A stretch of 64,000 nt of DNA from positions 1 to 64,000 of the forward strand of contig JBGFSC010000021.1 of assembly GCA_041694815.1 (NCBI GenBank), written 5' to 3'. This DNA comes from Elusimicrobiota bacterium. Lineage in GTDB: Bacteria; Elusimicrobiota; Elusimicrobia; UBA1565; JACRDR01. Every line of letters begins with the position of its first letter. Position 1 is the stretch's first letter. Both the position numbers and the translations under genes were made by a program. Shown in pieces: positions 6,821-16,369 of the stretch. The notes under the pieces were generated by a model, which was not told the DNA's origin, did no database searches, and saw only the letters and a program-made list of their open reading frames with translations.

Positions 6821-7194
6821 GCCGCTTATCGGATTCGGCCCGTAAGACCCTGCGCCGGCTCGATGAACTGCTCCAAGAGGATCCCCGGGAACCGATCTAC
6901 GACCCCGTGCATCTGGGCGCTGCCGTCGCCATCACGATGGCCGCCCTGGGCTGCCTGTACTGGCTGCTCTGGACCCTGCTGGTCTACGAGGGCGGGATCT
7001 TCCTGAAGATCCGGGCGCTGGCCCGCCTGTTATTCACCCCGACGACCCTCAAGGATCTAGGCTACGAGGGCATGCCTTACGCGATGGGCGCATTCGAGGG
7101 TTGGGTAGGCAACGTCGGCGCGCTCGTTTTCGCTATCGCCTTCGTATGGGCCCTTCGAAACCTCTATCGCCGCGCCCAGTCGCGCGCGCGGTGA
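6817..7194 (+). CDS. Small membrane protein
   Basis: ATGA overlap with dapB; two hydrophobic segments. Confidence 0.7.
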   Translation: MSRLSDSARKTLRRLDELLQEDPREPIYDPVHLGAAVAITMAALGCLYWLLWTLLVYEGGIFLKIRALARLLFTPTTLKDLGYEGMPYAMGAFEGWVGNVGALVFAIAFVWALRNLYRRAQSRAR

Positions 7195-7640
7195 TCCGGC
7201 CAGAACAATCCTGCATCCTCGCACTCGGCTCCAATCTCGGCGACCGTGAACGCGCCCTCCGCAAGGCCCTGCGCTGGATTTCCCGCCTCCCCGGCACCCA
7301 TCTAGAACGCGTCTCCTCCATCGTCGAATCCAAGCCGCTGGGAGGAAAGCGCCAGCGGGATTATCTTAACTGCTGCGCCCTGATCAAGACCCGCCTATCT
7401 CCCATGGGCCTGCTGGTGGAACTCAAGCGCCTGGAGGCACGGGCGGGACGCAGGCCCGCGCCCCGCTGGTCTTCGCGGCCGCTCGACATCGACCTCATCG
7501 CCTACGGCCGCCGGCGCATCCGCTCCCGGTTTCTGACCATCCCCCACCCGGGCGCCATGCGCCGTGACTTCGTGCGCGGGCCTCTTTGCGAACTGGGCCG
7601 GCAAAGTGTTACAATTCTTCGTCGTGGCGCGAACCGATAA
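7191..7640 (+). CDS. folK: 2-amino-4-hydroxy-6-hydroxymethyldihydropteridine diphosphokinase
   Basis: LALGSNLGDR, RPLDIDLI, LTIPHP motifs; GTG start overlapping the previous stop. Confidence 0.93.
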   Translation: MIRPEQSCILALGSNLGDRERALRKALRWISRLPGTHLERVSSIVESKPLGGKRQRDYLNCCALIKTRLSPMGLLVELKRLEARAGRRPAPRWSSRPLDIDLIAYGRRRIRSRFLTIPHPGAMRRDFVRGPLCELGRQSVTILRRGANR

Positions 7641-8460
7641 AGTCACCACCTCCCGGCTCACCGAGATGAAGCAGAAGGGTCAGCGCATCAGCGCGCTGAC
7701 CGCCTACGACGCGCCGACAGCCGCCCTCCTGAACGAGGCCGGCGTCGACGTGATCCTCGTGGGCGACTCCGTGGGCAACGTCAAGCTGGGCTACGAAAAT
7801 ACCCTCCCCGTGACGATTGAGGAGATGCTCCACCACGTCAAGGCGGTCAAGCGGGGCAATTCCAGGGCGCTTTTGGTCGCCGACCTGCCCTACCTCTCCT
7901 ACGAGCTCGATCTGAAGGAGGCGGCGCGAAACGCCGGGCGCCTTGTCAAGGAAGGAGGCGCCGAGGCGGTCAAGCTCGAGGGGGGTCTTGAGGTGGCTCC
8001 CGTGATTAAAGAGCTGCTCCGCGTCAACATCCCCGTGATGGGACATCTCGGCCTGACCCCGCAGGCGATCCATCGCCTGGGCGGCTACAAGGTGCAGGGC
8101 CGCCGGCCGCAGGAGGCCGAGAAGATGCTCACCGACGCGCGCGTGCTCGAGGGCTCCGGCGTCTTCGCCCTCGTGCTCGAGTGCGTCCCCGAGGGGCTCG
8201 CCCGCGAGATCACGCGCAAGCTGCCGGTGCCGACCATCGGCATCGGCGCCGGCGCCGAGTGCGACGGGCAGGTGCTCGTCGTCGACGACATGCTCGGGCT
8301 CTCGCCGCAGCCGACCGCCAAGTTCGTCAAGCGCTTCGCCGAGCTCCGTCCCCTCGCGCTCAAGGCCGCGCAACAGTACGTCGCCGAGGTGCAAAACGGC
8401 GGCTTCCCCGCCCCCGAGCACAGCTACGCGAGCCCGTCGACCAAACTCAGCGAACGTTGA
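7624..8460 (+). CDS. panB: 3-methyl-2-oxobutanoate hydroxymethyltransferase
   Basis: LTAYD, ILVGDS, AVKLEGG, GHLGLTPQ, IGIGAG. Confidence 0.97.
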   Translation: MARTDKVTTSRLTEMKQKGQRISALTAYDAPTAALLNEAGVDVILVGDSVGNVKLGYENTLPVTIEEMLHHVKAVKRGNSRALLVADLPYLSYELDLKEAARNAGRLVKEGGAEAVKLEGGLEVAPVIKELLRVNIPVMGHLGLTPQAIHRLGGYKVQGRRPQEAEKMLTDARVLEGSGVFALVLECVPEGLAREITRKLPVPTIGIGAGAECDGQVLVVDDMLGLSPQPTAKFVKRFAELRPLALKAAQQYVAEVQNGGFPAPEHSYASPSTKLSER

Positions 8461-9329
8461 TCCTTCTCGCCTCGATCCTCGCCATACTGCTCGCCGCGCT
8501 TTTGGCCGTCTGCTGGTGGGGCTCCAACATCATCTTCCATTCACCGAAGATGCTCGACATGTCCGTCTGGCCGGAGCATTACGGCTTGAAAGGGGAATCG
8601 GTCGAATTCTCCACGGCGGACGGGCTGCGCCTGCGCGGCTGGCTGCTGCGCGCCGCCGAGCCCACGGAGCGCTGCGTCCTGCTGCTGCACGGCTGGGGCG
8701 ACAACAAGGGCGACCTGCTCCGACACACCCACCATTGGAACCGCAAGCTCAATCTCTTTTACATCGATTTCCGCCATCACGGCGAGAGCGAAGGCCCCCG
8801 GTCCACCATCGGCTGCGAGGAGAGTCTCGATGTTTCCGCCGCCGTCGATTTCCTGAAGAAGCATCGTCCGGCCTGGGCCGATCGCCTCGGGGTATACGGA
8901 ATCTCGATGGGGGGCGCCATGGCCCTATGGGCCGCGGCCGAGCACCCGGAGATCCGTTGCGCCGCGGTGGAGGCCCCCTTCTCCTCCTTCAATGAGGTGG
9001 TCCACCGATGGTGTCGGCTTTCGCTGGGCCTCCCCTATTTCCCCTTCGTCTGGCTCTGCCTCTGGATCATCCGCTTGCGCTTGGGGCAGAACCCGGACGC
9101 CTATAGCCCCATCCACCACGCGCATCGCGTGGCCCCACGGCCGCTGCTGTTTATCGCGGGCGCCGAGGACGCCTTGATGCCCTTGGCCGACGTCCGGCGC
9201 GTGTTCGACCGGGCCGGGGAGCCCAAGGAGCTATGGGTCGTCGATCGCGCCGCGCACGGCAAATGCGAGGAGACGGCGAAGGAGAGCTACCATCAGAAGC
9301 TCATGGAATTCTTCGAGGCGCATCTATGA
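8457..9329 (+). CDS. Membrane-anchored alpha/beta hydrolase
   Basis: N-terminal TM, LLHGWG, HGESEG, GISMGG nucleophile elbow; TTG start overlapping the panB stop. Confidence 0.88.
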   Translation: MILLASILAILLAALLAVCWWGSNIIFHSPKMLDMSVWPEHYGLKGESVEFSTADGLRLRGWLLRAAEPTERCVLLLHGWGDNKGDLLRHTHHWNRKLNLFYIDFRHHGESEGPRSTIGCEESLDVSAAVDFLKKHRPAWADRLGVYGISMGGAMALWAAAEHPEIRCAAVEAPFSSFNEVVHRWCRLSLGLPYFPFVWLCLWIIRLRLGQNPDAYSPIHHAHRVAPRPLLFIAGAEDALMPLADVRRVFDRAGEPKELWVVDRAAHGKCEETAKESYHQKLMEFFEAHL

Positions 9330-10183
9330 AGGTCTTGCGCGGCGCCGCCGCCATTGCCGCGTTGAGCGCGCGCTGGCGCGCGCGGGGGCAATCTATCGGC
9401 TTCGTCCCCACGATGGGAGCGCTGCACGCGGGCCACCGCTCCCTCATCGAGCGCGCGCGGCGGGAGAACGACCGGGTGATCGTTTCGATCTTCGTCAATC
9501 CGCTTCAATTCGGCCCCGCCGAGGATTTCGCGCGCTATCCCAGGTCCTTTTCAAAAGACCGCCGATTCTGCGCGAAGGCCGGCGTCGACGCGCTCTACCA
9601 TCCCGGCGTCGACGAGATGTATCCTCCGGGCTTCCAGACGCGGGTGGAGCTCCCGGCGCTCTCCGAAAAACTCTGCGGGAAATTCCGGCCCGGGCATTTC
9701 CAGGGCGTGGCGACCGTCGTGCTGAAGCTCTTCGAGCAGGCGCGCCCGGACCGCGCCTATTTCGGGGAGAAGGATTTCCAACAGCTCGTCGTCATCCGCC
9801 GGATGGCGAGGGACCTGGCCCTCGGAGTCCGCATCGTCGGCTGCCCTACCGTGCGCGAAAAGGACGGCTTGGCCTTGTCTAGCCGCAACGCCGGCTTGAC
9901 GCCCCGTCAGCGCTCGGAGGCTCCCGCGCTTTACCGCGCCCTACGCCTCGGGCTTACCGCTATCAAGCAGGGGGCTTCGCTTTCCCAAGCTCGAAGCATG
10001 ATGCGGAGGCGGCTCCAGGAAATCCCCGGCGCTAGGATAGACTACGCGGAGATCGTCGATCCGGATACGCTCGAGGCTCCGCGCCGAACCGATGGCCGGC
10101 TGCGCGCCCTCGCCGCGATACGCCTGGGCAAGACGAGGCTCATTGACAATATCCCGCTCTTGTGCCAGGATGGGGATCGATGA
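9326..10183 (+). CDS. panC: Pantoate--beta-alanine ligase
   Basis: FVPTMGALHAGH, SIFVNPLQF, RPGHFQGV, FGEKDFQQ, RLIDN. Confidence 0.97.
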   Translation: MKVLRGAAAIAALSARWRARGQSIGFVPTMGALHAGHRSLIERARRENDRVIVSIFVNPLQFGPAEDFARYPRSFSKDRRFCAKAGVDALYHPGVDEMYPPGFQTRVELPALSEKLCGKFRPGHFQGVATVVLKLFEQARPDRAYFGEKDFQQLVVIRRMARDLALGVRIVGCPTVREKDGLALSSRNAGLTPRQRSEAPALYRALRLGLTAIKQGASLSQARSMMRRRLQEIPGARIDYAEIVDPDTLEAPRRTDGRLRALAAIRLGKTRLIDNIPLLCQDGDR

Positions 10184-10737
10184 GCGAGCCCAAGCGCAAG
10201 CGGTTTTGGATCGACCAGCCTCTCCAATTGCGAGTCCTGCTTTTCGTCCTCTCGCTCTTGGCCGCGGCGCTCGCGCTCGCCTATCTCAGCATGGACCGCG
10301 GGCTCCTGGAGGCCTCCGAGCGCAGCCGGCGCCTGTTCTTGCCGGTCGACTGGGCGCGCGAATCCCTGCGCCAGCCCTTCCTTTTTACCGGCGCCATCGT
10401 GATGGTCGGCGGGGCCCTCTTGACCCTGCTGTGGTCGCACCGGATCATCGGCCCCCTGCTCGTCCTCATGGCCGGGCTGCGCCGCATCCGCGACGGCAAT
10501 CTCAAGGTGGACATCCGGGTGCGCGACTCCGACGCGCTGCACCGCGCCGTCGAGGATTTCTCGGCCATGCAGGCTTCCTTGCGCAAGAAGATCTCCGAGG
10601 ACCGCGAGCGGGTTGCGGCCGTTGACGAACGCCTGGCCGGGCTGGCCGAGCGGCTCAGGCATGAGCACGGCGCCCGGCGGGAGCTGGAGTCCATCCGCGA
10701 CGAGCTCCGGAAAATCACCGCCTCCTTTCATTTATAA
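10180..10737 (+). CDS. Two-TM HAMP-domain protein with a coiled-coil tail
   Basis: Two TMs, SHRIIGP...GNL..IRVRDSD HAMP pattern. Confidence 0.8.
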   Translation: MSEPKRKRFWIDQPLQLRVLLFVLSLLAAALALAYLSMDRGLLEASERSRRLFLPVDWARESLRQPFLFTGAIVMVGGALLTLLWSHRIIGPLLVLMAGLRRIRDGNLKVDIRVRDSDALHRAVEDFSAMQASLRKKISEDRERVAAVDERLAGLAERLRHEHGARRELESIRDELRKITASFHL

Positions 10738-10764
10738 TCCTAACCACGCTCGCCTAACACAAGG

Positions 10765-10825
10765 TAGGCCCTTCGCTCCATACTGCGGGGGTCCAAATGC
10801 CGGACAGGGGCTAGGCCATTGGCCT
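10765..10825. promoter_or_regulatory. Tandem GGNCC-N3-GGNCC-type motif (site C)
   Basis: Three units with centres at 10773, 10796, 10819 (23 bp period); TACAAT at 10850; GGAGG RBS. Confidence 0.55.
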
Positions 10826-10883
10826 CAGGCGTGGCTTGCTCGCCGGTGATACAATTCGATCATATTCGGATCGGAGGAATCAC

Positions 10884-11570
10884 ATGAAATCACTGCTGTC
10901 CATTATTCTTCTGCTGTGCTCGACGGCCGCGCGCGCGGCCGATCTGACGGCTCAGGTCAAGCTGACCCTTCCAGACGATCGCGTGATCGACGTCCAGGAA
11001 ACGATGCCGGAGCATTACTGGAAAAACGAGGCCCTGCGCCAGGGCGCCGATCGCGCGGCCAGCATCGCCATCAAGCAACTCTCGACGGAAAAGGGATACG
11101 GGATTCTCGCTTCGATCCAAGGCATCGATGTCATCTACGACCTCTCGCTCGAAACGATGACCGACGTATTCAAGGTCCATATCCATTTGAAGGACGGCGT
11201 GACTCGGCGCTACACGGTCGAGGTCAAGCTCATGCCGGCCTCGGCACCCGTTCCCCCCAGGGGAGCCTACGATGCCTTCTCCGGAAATCGCGCCTGCTCG
11301 CTTACCGATGCCAAGCCGATCCGCGCCTGGACCCGCGAGGAAGCGGAAGACGCCGCCCGGCGTTGCGCGGCCGAGCTCGGCCAATACTACGGCGTGAAAA
11401 TCAGCGTCAGCTTCATCAGAGATATCTATTTCTCTATCAGCGCCGGCTCGGCAAACGCCAAACAGGCACAGGCGGATATCTCGTCGGCCTTGGCCAAGCG
11501 CGGCAATCTCTTCTTCGGCTACCCCGCATGGGCCTTTATTAAACCGGATCCTGCACCTGCCCGCCCTTGA
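10884..11570 (+). CDS. Exported hypothetical protein
   Basis: GGAGG RBS; signal peptide MKSLLSIILLLCSTAARA. Confidence 0.75.
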   Translation: MKSLLSIILLLCSTAARAADLTAQVKLTLPDDRVIDVQETMPEHYWKNEALRQGADRAASIAIKQLSTEKGYGILASIQGIDVIYDLSLETMTDVFKVHIHLKDGVTRRYTVEVKLMPASAPVPPRGAYDAFSGNRACSLTDAKPIRAWTREEAEDAARRCAAELGQYYGVKISVSFIRDIYFSISAGSANAKQAQADISSALAKRGNLFFGYPAWAFIKPDPAPARP

Positions 11571-12364
11571 TGCGCTTAAGCGCCGCCATTCTGGCGGCCG
11601 CCCTCTCTTACCCCCTGCTCGCTGGCGCTGAGGAAAACGTTACGGCGGAGGAGCAGGCCACGACGGCTGGAGAGATGTTCACCGGCCCCGGGACCAAGGA
11701 CGCCGCTGCCGCGGTCCGAACATCGGCCGTGTCCGCTCCCCGCTCGGCGTCATTGGCCGACGGCGCGACGCCCGCTTCCATAAAAAAGGCTGTGCCGCCT
11801 CCGAAGCGAAGCAGCGCGCCGCAAAAAAGCGGCCCCCGAAAAATCGCGGGCGCGATGCTAGCCGCTCTTTTGGCCGTCGGCCTGCTGACCGGCTGCGGGA
11901 GCCTCGCGGCGGCGCCTCCCAAGCTCGACCCGTGCGACGTGAGCATAGCCGCGGTGCACAAGGTCGAATATTCCGTCCATAGCGCTGGCATCGCCGCGCG
12001 CTCGGCGGACACGATCGTCAAGCGCGGGGGCACGGAGGAGCCCGTGCCCGGCGTGAACGTGCTCTACGAGATCATCGGCGACGCCTACGCCAAGAACAAC
12101 GACGCCCACGTGGCCGTCGAGGAGGCCGAGTGGGCGGCGCCCGAATGCGGCCCCGAGGCCGTCTCGGCCGTCGAGAAGGCCAAGGACGCCCTGGCCAAGG
12201 CCGACGCCGCGATCGAGTCCATCGATACGGCGTTGAGTCTCAAGGACATCAATCCTCCGAAGGCGAAGGAGGAGCTCCAGATCGCGATGGAATTCTCCAA
12301 GACCAGCTCCGCCCAGGCGGACGCGCTCAAGCAAGAAGCCGGGAAGATCCCGGTCCGGGTATGA
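11570..12364 (+). CDS. Exported protein with an internal lipobox-like segment (paralog 1)
   Basis: Signal peptide, Pro/Ser/Ala linker, ALLAVGLLTGC, helical Cys-pair domain. Confidence 0.75.
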   Translation: MRLSAAILAAALSYPLLAGAEENVTAEEQATTAGEMFTGPGTKDAAAAVRTSAVSAPRSASLADGATPASIKKAVPPPKRSSAPQKSGPRKIAGAMLAALLAVGLLTGCGSLAAAPPKLDPCDVSIAAVHKVEYSVHSAGIAARSADTIVKRGGTEEPVPGVNVLYEIIGDAYAKNNDAHVAVEEAEWAAPECGPEAVSAVEKAKDALAKADAAIESIDTALSLKDINPPKAKEELQIAMEFSKTSSAQADALKQEAGKIPVRV

Positions 12365-13179
12365 TGAGAAAAGCCCCCCTCCTGCTCGCCGCCCTGCTGC
12401 TTGCGCCCACAAGCGCGTTTTCGGCCGAAAAGGATATCGAAAAAGAGCGCGTGGCCGCCGGCGCGATGTTCACCGGAGAAGCGGCGCGTCCGGACGCGCC
12501 GCAGGCGCTTCTTCCCTCGGCGGGACCGGCATCCCCGGCGGCGCTTTCCTCCGGAAGGCCGAGCGGCTCGCAGGCCGTCTCCTCCGTGCCGCCGCCGCAG
12601 GCCCCGGGCGCTCCCAGCGCCAGCAAGGGCGGGTTACGAAGGCTCTTCGGACTGGCCGCGGCGGCGCTATTGGCCGTCGGATTATTGACCGGCTGCGGAC
12701 AAGGGTTGCGCCCGCAGTTCCAGCTCAATCCCTGCCAGGTCAGCTCCGCCGCGGTCACCAAGACGATTTATGCCGTCAGCAGCGCCTCGACGGCGGCCCG
12801 CGTGACCAAAACGCTTATCAAGCATATGGCGCCGGAGTGGGACGGCATGCCCGACCAGCTCTATTACCGGATGGTTCAGGAGGCCTTCGCGAGAAACCAC
12901 GAGGCCCATCTGGCCGTCGATTACGCCTCCAAGGTGGCCGCCGATTGCGGCCCGGAGGCCGTTGAAGCGATCGAAAGCGCTAAGGAGGCGCTCGCCCAAA
13001 CCGACGCGGCCTTCAACGCCACCGCCCGCGCCTACGATATGGCCCTGACCCGCTCCTATGATCCGGCGCACCAGGAGTGGGCCTACAACGAGCTTAAGCC
13101 CGCGCTCGAGTTCGCCCAGAAAAGCCACGAGGTTTCCCAGGACCTCGAGCAGGCCGCCGCGAAGATCCCGCCGAAATAA
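12361..13179 (+). CDS. Exported protein with an internal lipobox-like segment (paralog 2)
   Basis: Shares AGxMFTG, VPPP, ALLAVGLLTGCG, PCxVS, CGPEAV, AxKIP with paralog 1. Confidence 0.75.
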   Translation: MMRKAPLLLAALLLAPTSAFSAEKDIEKERVAAGAMFTGEAARPDAPQALLPSAGPASPAALSSGRPSGSQAVSSVPPPQAPGAPSASKGGLRRLFGLAAAALLAVGLLTGCGQGLRPQFQLNPCQVSSAAVTKTIYAVSSASTAARVTKTLIKHMAPEWDGMPDQLYYRMVQEAFARNHEAHLAVDYASKVAADCGPEAVEAIESAKEALAQTDAAFNATARAYDMALTRSYDPAHQEWAYNELKPALEFAQKSHEVSQDLEQAAAKIPPK

Positions 13180-13316
13180 ACGGCAGCTTTTACGCGCTTT
13201 GGGCGCGTTGCTTGGCGCCTGCGGCGCCAAGCTTGGAATGCTCGCGAGAAACCTCGAACTTGGTCGCGCGAAGCGCGACCAAGTCACGCGCCCGAGGCGC
13301 GTAAAAGTCGCCGTTT
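13178..13316. repeat. REP-like palindromic element, inverted pair
   Basis: AAACGGCAGCTTTTACGCGC...GCGCGTAAAAGTCGCCGTTT enclosing four hairpins; related copies at 19813, 45116, 60694. Confidence 0.85.
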
Positions 13317-13377
13317 TTTCATTATTGATTTTTTAACATACGGCTGTTACACTGCATCGGGCGTTCGGAAAGACAAC

Positions 13378-14922
13378 TTGCTTACGCGTCTCTACTGCTT
13401 GCTGCTCTGCCTACCCCTGGCGGCCCAAGCCGCCACCGTCGCCTCCACCTACCGCGAGATCGAGGCCAAGGTCGCACTGGAGAATTCGCTCGAAAAGAGG
13501 CTGGAAGCCGTTCTCCAGAAGGTCCTGGATACGGAGGACTTAGTCGTCATCCTCAACGTGCAGATGCAGTCGGAGGCTGACAGCAAGGACGGCGAGATCA
13601 TGCCGGGGGTGCCTCGGCAGGACAGCTCCGCCTTCCCGGGGCTCCTGGACCCCACACGCACGGTGGTGCGCCGGGTCAGCGCGAATATCTTAATCGGCCC
13701 CTCCTCCAGCGAGGAGGACATCCAGCTGGTCAAGACCACCGCCGAGCGTCTGCTTGGGCTCATGCCCGAGCGGGGCGACAAGCTCCTAGTGGAAAGGGCG
13801 AATTTCCGCAAACAGGCCGCGGCTTCCGAACCTTTCCTTCAGAAGATGCTCCAGCCCGCCATCCTGCTGTCGGCGGGCTGGCTGATCATCGCCCTTTTCT
13901 GCTTCTTCTGGCTTTACCGTAAATTCCTGGACCCGCTGATCGCGACCATCCGGGACCTTTTTATCGCACGCCAAGGGCAGATCAACGAGCCGGCGAAACG
14001 GGAATTCGAGGAGCCAGCCGCCGACCCCGAGCCCGCTCCATCGGCCCCGGCGCCGACGGCGGGCGTTCCGGACTCCGAACCCTTGCCATTCTCCTTCATC
14101 CAAGACGGCGATCTTCCCACGCTGGCATGGATGCTAAACCTGGAATCGGCCGAGGTAGCGGCGGTCGTCATTCATTACCTCCCCCCCGCCCTGGCGGCCC
14201 GGGCCCTGGCCACCCTCGAGCCGCAGCGGCGCCAAGAGGTGAGCGCGCTACTGGGTTCGGTAACCGAACTCGATCCGGAACAGGTCCGAGCCGTCGAGCA
14301 ATCCATCAAATCACGGGTCCACTACCTGATGGGCGGGGAAGACAAGATCGTGGAGATTCTCACCAATTGCGCTCCTAGCCTCCAGCAGCAGATACTCGAA
14401 AGCCTGGCCATGCACCTGCCCGAATTGTCCGAACGCCTCAACCGGCGCCTGGTACGCTTAGAGGACCTACTCTCGCTCAGCGAAGCGGAGCTAAAGCGAC
14501 TGGCCCGGCAGGTCCCCGTCAAGAGCCTGGCGGCCGTATTCAAATCCAACCCGCAGCTGGGAGCTCAGCTCCTGCCCAAGCTGCGCAGCGGGCTCGGCGA
14601 ATGGCTCGCGCAGGAAATCGAGCTGCACGGGGAGCTTTCGCCCGCCGCGGCCGAAGAGGAGCAAAAACGCCTTCTGACGGCGTTGACCGAACTGGCACGC
14701 GCCGGGAAGGTACGCTTGCAAAAGGAGCTCGGGAGCCAAGCGCCATCCACCACGCCGCCCGCGCGGCTCAATTTATTCAAGAATGGGAAGCGGCCGCCGC
14801 TCGCCGTTCCAGCCCCGGCCCAAAAATCCGAGCTGGCCTCCGAATCGGCGGCCAAGACCTTCATCCATGAGATTTCGGTCTTGGAGCGAGAACTCCAGGG
14901 AATCGAGCTGCCGAAGGAATAG
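13378..14922 (+). CDS. Membrane-anchored FliG-domain protein with an exported N-terminal domain
   Basis: Signal peptide; TM near residues 160-180; FliG-M-like (LNLESAEVAAVVIHYLPPALAA), GG linker (MGGEDKIVEIL), FliG-C-like (RLEDLLSLSEAELKRL); promoter TTGATT-N17-TACACT upstream. Confidence 0.75.
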   Translation: MLTRLYCLLLCLPLAAQAATVASTYREIEAKVALENSLEKRLEAVLQKVLDTEDLVVILNVQMQSEADSKDGEIMPGVPRQDSSAFPGLLDPTRTVVRRVSANILIGPSSSEEDIQLVKTTAERLLGLMPERGDKLLVERANFRKQAAASEPFLQKMLQPAILLSAGWLIIALFCFFWLYRKFLDPLIATIRDLFIARQGQINEPAKREFEEPAADPEPAPSAPAPTAGVPDSEPLPFSFIQDGDLPTLAWMLNLESAEVAAVVIHYLPPALAARALATLEPQRRQEVSALLGSVTELDPEQVRAVEQSIKSRVHYLMGGEDKIVEILTNCAPSLQQQILESLAMHLPELSERLNRRLVRLEDLLSLSEAELKRLARQVPVKSLAAVFKSNPQLGAQLLPKLRSGLGEWLAQEIELHGELSPAAAEEEQKRLLTALTELARAGKVRLQKELGSQAPSTTPPARLNLFKNGKRPPLAVPAPAQKSELASESAAKTFIHEISVLERELQGIELPKE

Positions 14923-14927
14923 AACCC

Positions 14928-15713
14928 ATGGACCTGATGACGCTCATCGGCGGCGTTTCCGGCCTGGGCGTCGTCCTCTTCATACTACAGAAAGGCCAGA
15001 TGGTGCATTTCCTGCTCAATTCCGAGGCGATCGTCCTGATCTTCGGGGGCACCTTCGGTTCGGTGCTCATCAGCTACCCCTGGTCGGTGCTGCGCCAGCT
15101 CCCGACGGCGGTGAACCTGATGCTGTTCCCGCCCAAGCGCCCGGACCCCTTGCTCCTGATCGAGACCTTCTCTCGGCTCGCGGAAAAGACGCGCAAGCAG
15201 GGCGTGGAGTCCCTTGTAGTTGAAATTCCATCGGCCCCCCACCCCTTCCTGGCCGACTGCCTGCAGGCATTGGTCGACGGCCTCGACGAGCATGTTCTCT
15301 CGGACCGCTTCGCTCGGGACATCCTCGCGACCAGGCACCGCCACCAGCAGATTAGCTCCGTATTCCGATCCGCGGGCACCTTCTCTCCCATCTTCGGCCT
15401 GCTGGGCACGCTCATAGGAGTCGTGCAGGTACTGCGCAATATTACCAACCCCACGGCAATGGGCGCTTCCATGTCGGTGGCCATGACCGCCTCCTTCTAC
15501 GGCATCTTCGCCGCCAACTTCCTGTTCCTTCCGATCGCCAACAAGCTTAACTTCTACACCGAAGAAGAGATGCTTAACCGGGAACTCATTGCGAAGGGAG
15601 TGCTCGCCCTCCAACAGGGTGAGGCTCCCTGGCTGGTGTCGCGCAAGCTGGAAGCCTACCTTTCCTTTCATCTGCGGCGCGGTGGAGTCCGGCGCCAACG
15701 CGTTCCCGCGTAA
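14928..15713 (+). CDS. motA: MotA/PomA-family stator subunit
   Basis: IFGGTFG, RKQGVESL, PIFGLLGTLIG, ASFYGIFAANFLFLPIANKL. Confidence 0.92.
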   Translation: MDLMTLIGGVSGLGVVLFILQKGQMVHFLLNSEAIVLIFGGTFGSVLISYPWSVLRQLPTAVNLMLFPPKRPDPLLLIETFSRLAEKTRKQGVESLVVEIPSAPHPFLADCLQALVDGLDEHVLSDRFARDILATRHRHQQISSVFRSAGTFSPIFGLLGTLIGVVQVLRNITNPTAMGASMSVAMTASFYGIFAANFLFLPIANKLNFYTEEEMLNRELIAKGVLALQQGEAPWLVSRKLEAYLSFHLRRGGVRRQRVPA

Positions 15714-15718
15714 GCGCC

Positions 15719-16369
15719 ATGCTCCCGTTCCTCCACCGCGCCACTCCTACGACCATGGAGGAAAATCCCCTCTGGCTCGTGGTGCTGGCCGACATGATGA
15801 CCAATCTCATGCTCTTCTTCCTCGTCCTTTTCGCCCTGACGAGGCAAAACCTCGCCACGCAGAAGCTGGCGGAGCGCGTCTTCGCGGCGGAGGAACTCAT
15901 CGATACGCGCCATCCGAGCGAGGAGGCCGCGCGATTCCAGGAGGAGAAGTCCATCGCCGCCCTGCGCGAGCTTTTCGAGGACGTCAGCGAGACGGAGAGG
16001 CAGGTGCGCGTCCGCCTCAAGGACCGCATCCTATTCGCGACGGGCAAGGCCTCCCTATCGCCCGAGAGCGCGCGGACCTTGGAGGCCTTGGCACGGATCT
16101 TGAACCAAATGCCCAACGAGGTCGTCGTGGAGGGCCACACCGATGACGCGCCCATCGTCGGTGGGCCGTACCGGACCAACTGGGAGCTCTCGGTGGCACG
16201 CTCTTATTCCGTCATCGAGGGGCTTATCCGTTCGGGGGTCGACGCCAAGAGGCTGGTGACCTCCGGCTACGGCCCACACCATCCCTTGGTCCCCAACGAC
16301 GGCCCCACGGGCCGCGCCAGGAACCGGAGGGTGGAGATCGTCATTCTGCGCCCGGACGCCGATGGATGA
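15719..16369 (+). CDS. motB: MotB-family stator subunit 1
   Basis: WLVVLADMMTNL TM with conserved Asp; OmpA-like domain VEGHTD, NWELSVAR, NRRVEI. Confidence 0.92.
   Translation: MLPFLHRATPTTMEENPLWLVVLADMMTNLMLFFLVLFALTRQNLATQKLAERVFAAEELIDTRHPSEEAARFQEEKSIAALRELFEDVSETERQVRVRLKDRILFATGKASLSPESARTLEALARILNQMPNEVVVEGHTDDAPIVGGPYRTNWELSVARSYSVIEGLIRSGVDAKRLVTSGYGPHHPLVPNDGPTGRARNRRVEIVILRPDADG

Noticed and set aside
13178..13316. Possible CRISPR array
   Set aside because: No regularly spaced direct repeats with unique spacers and no cas genes in the window.
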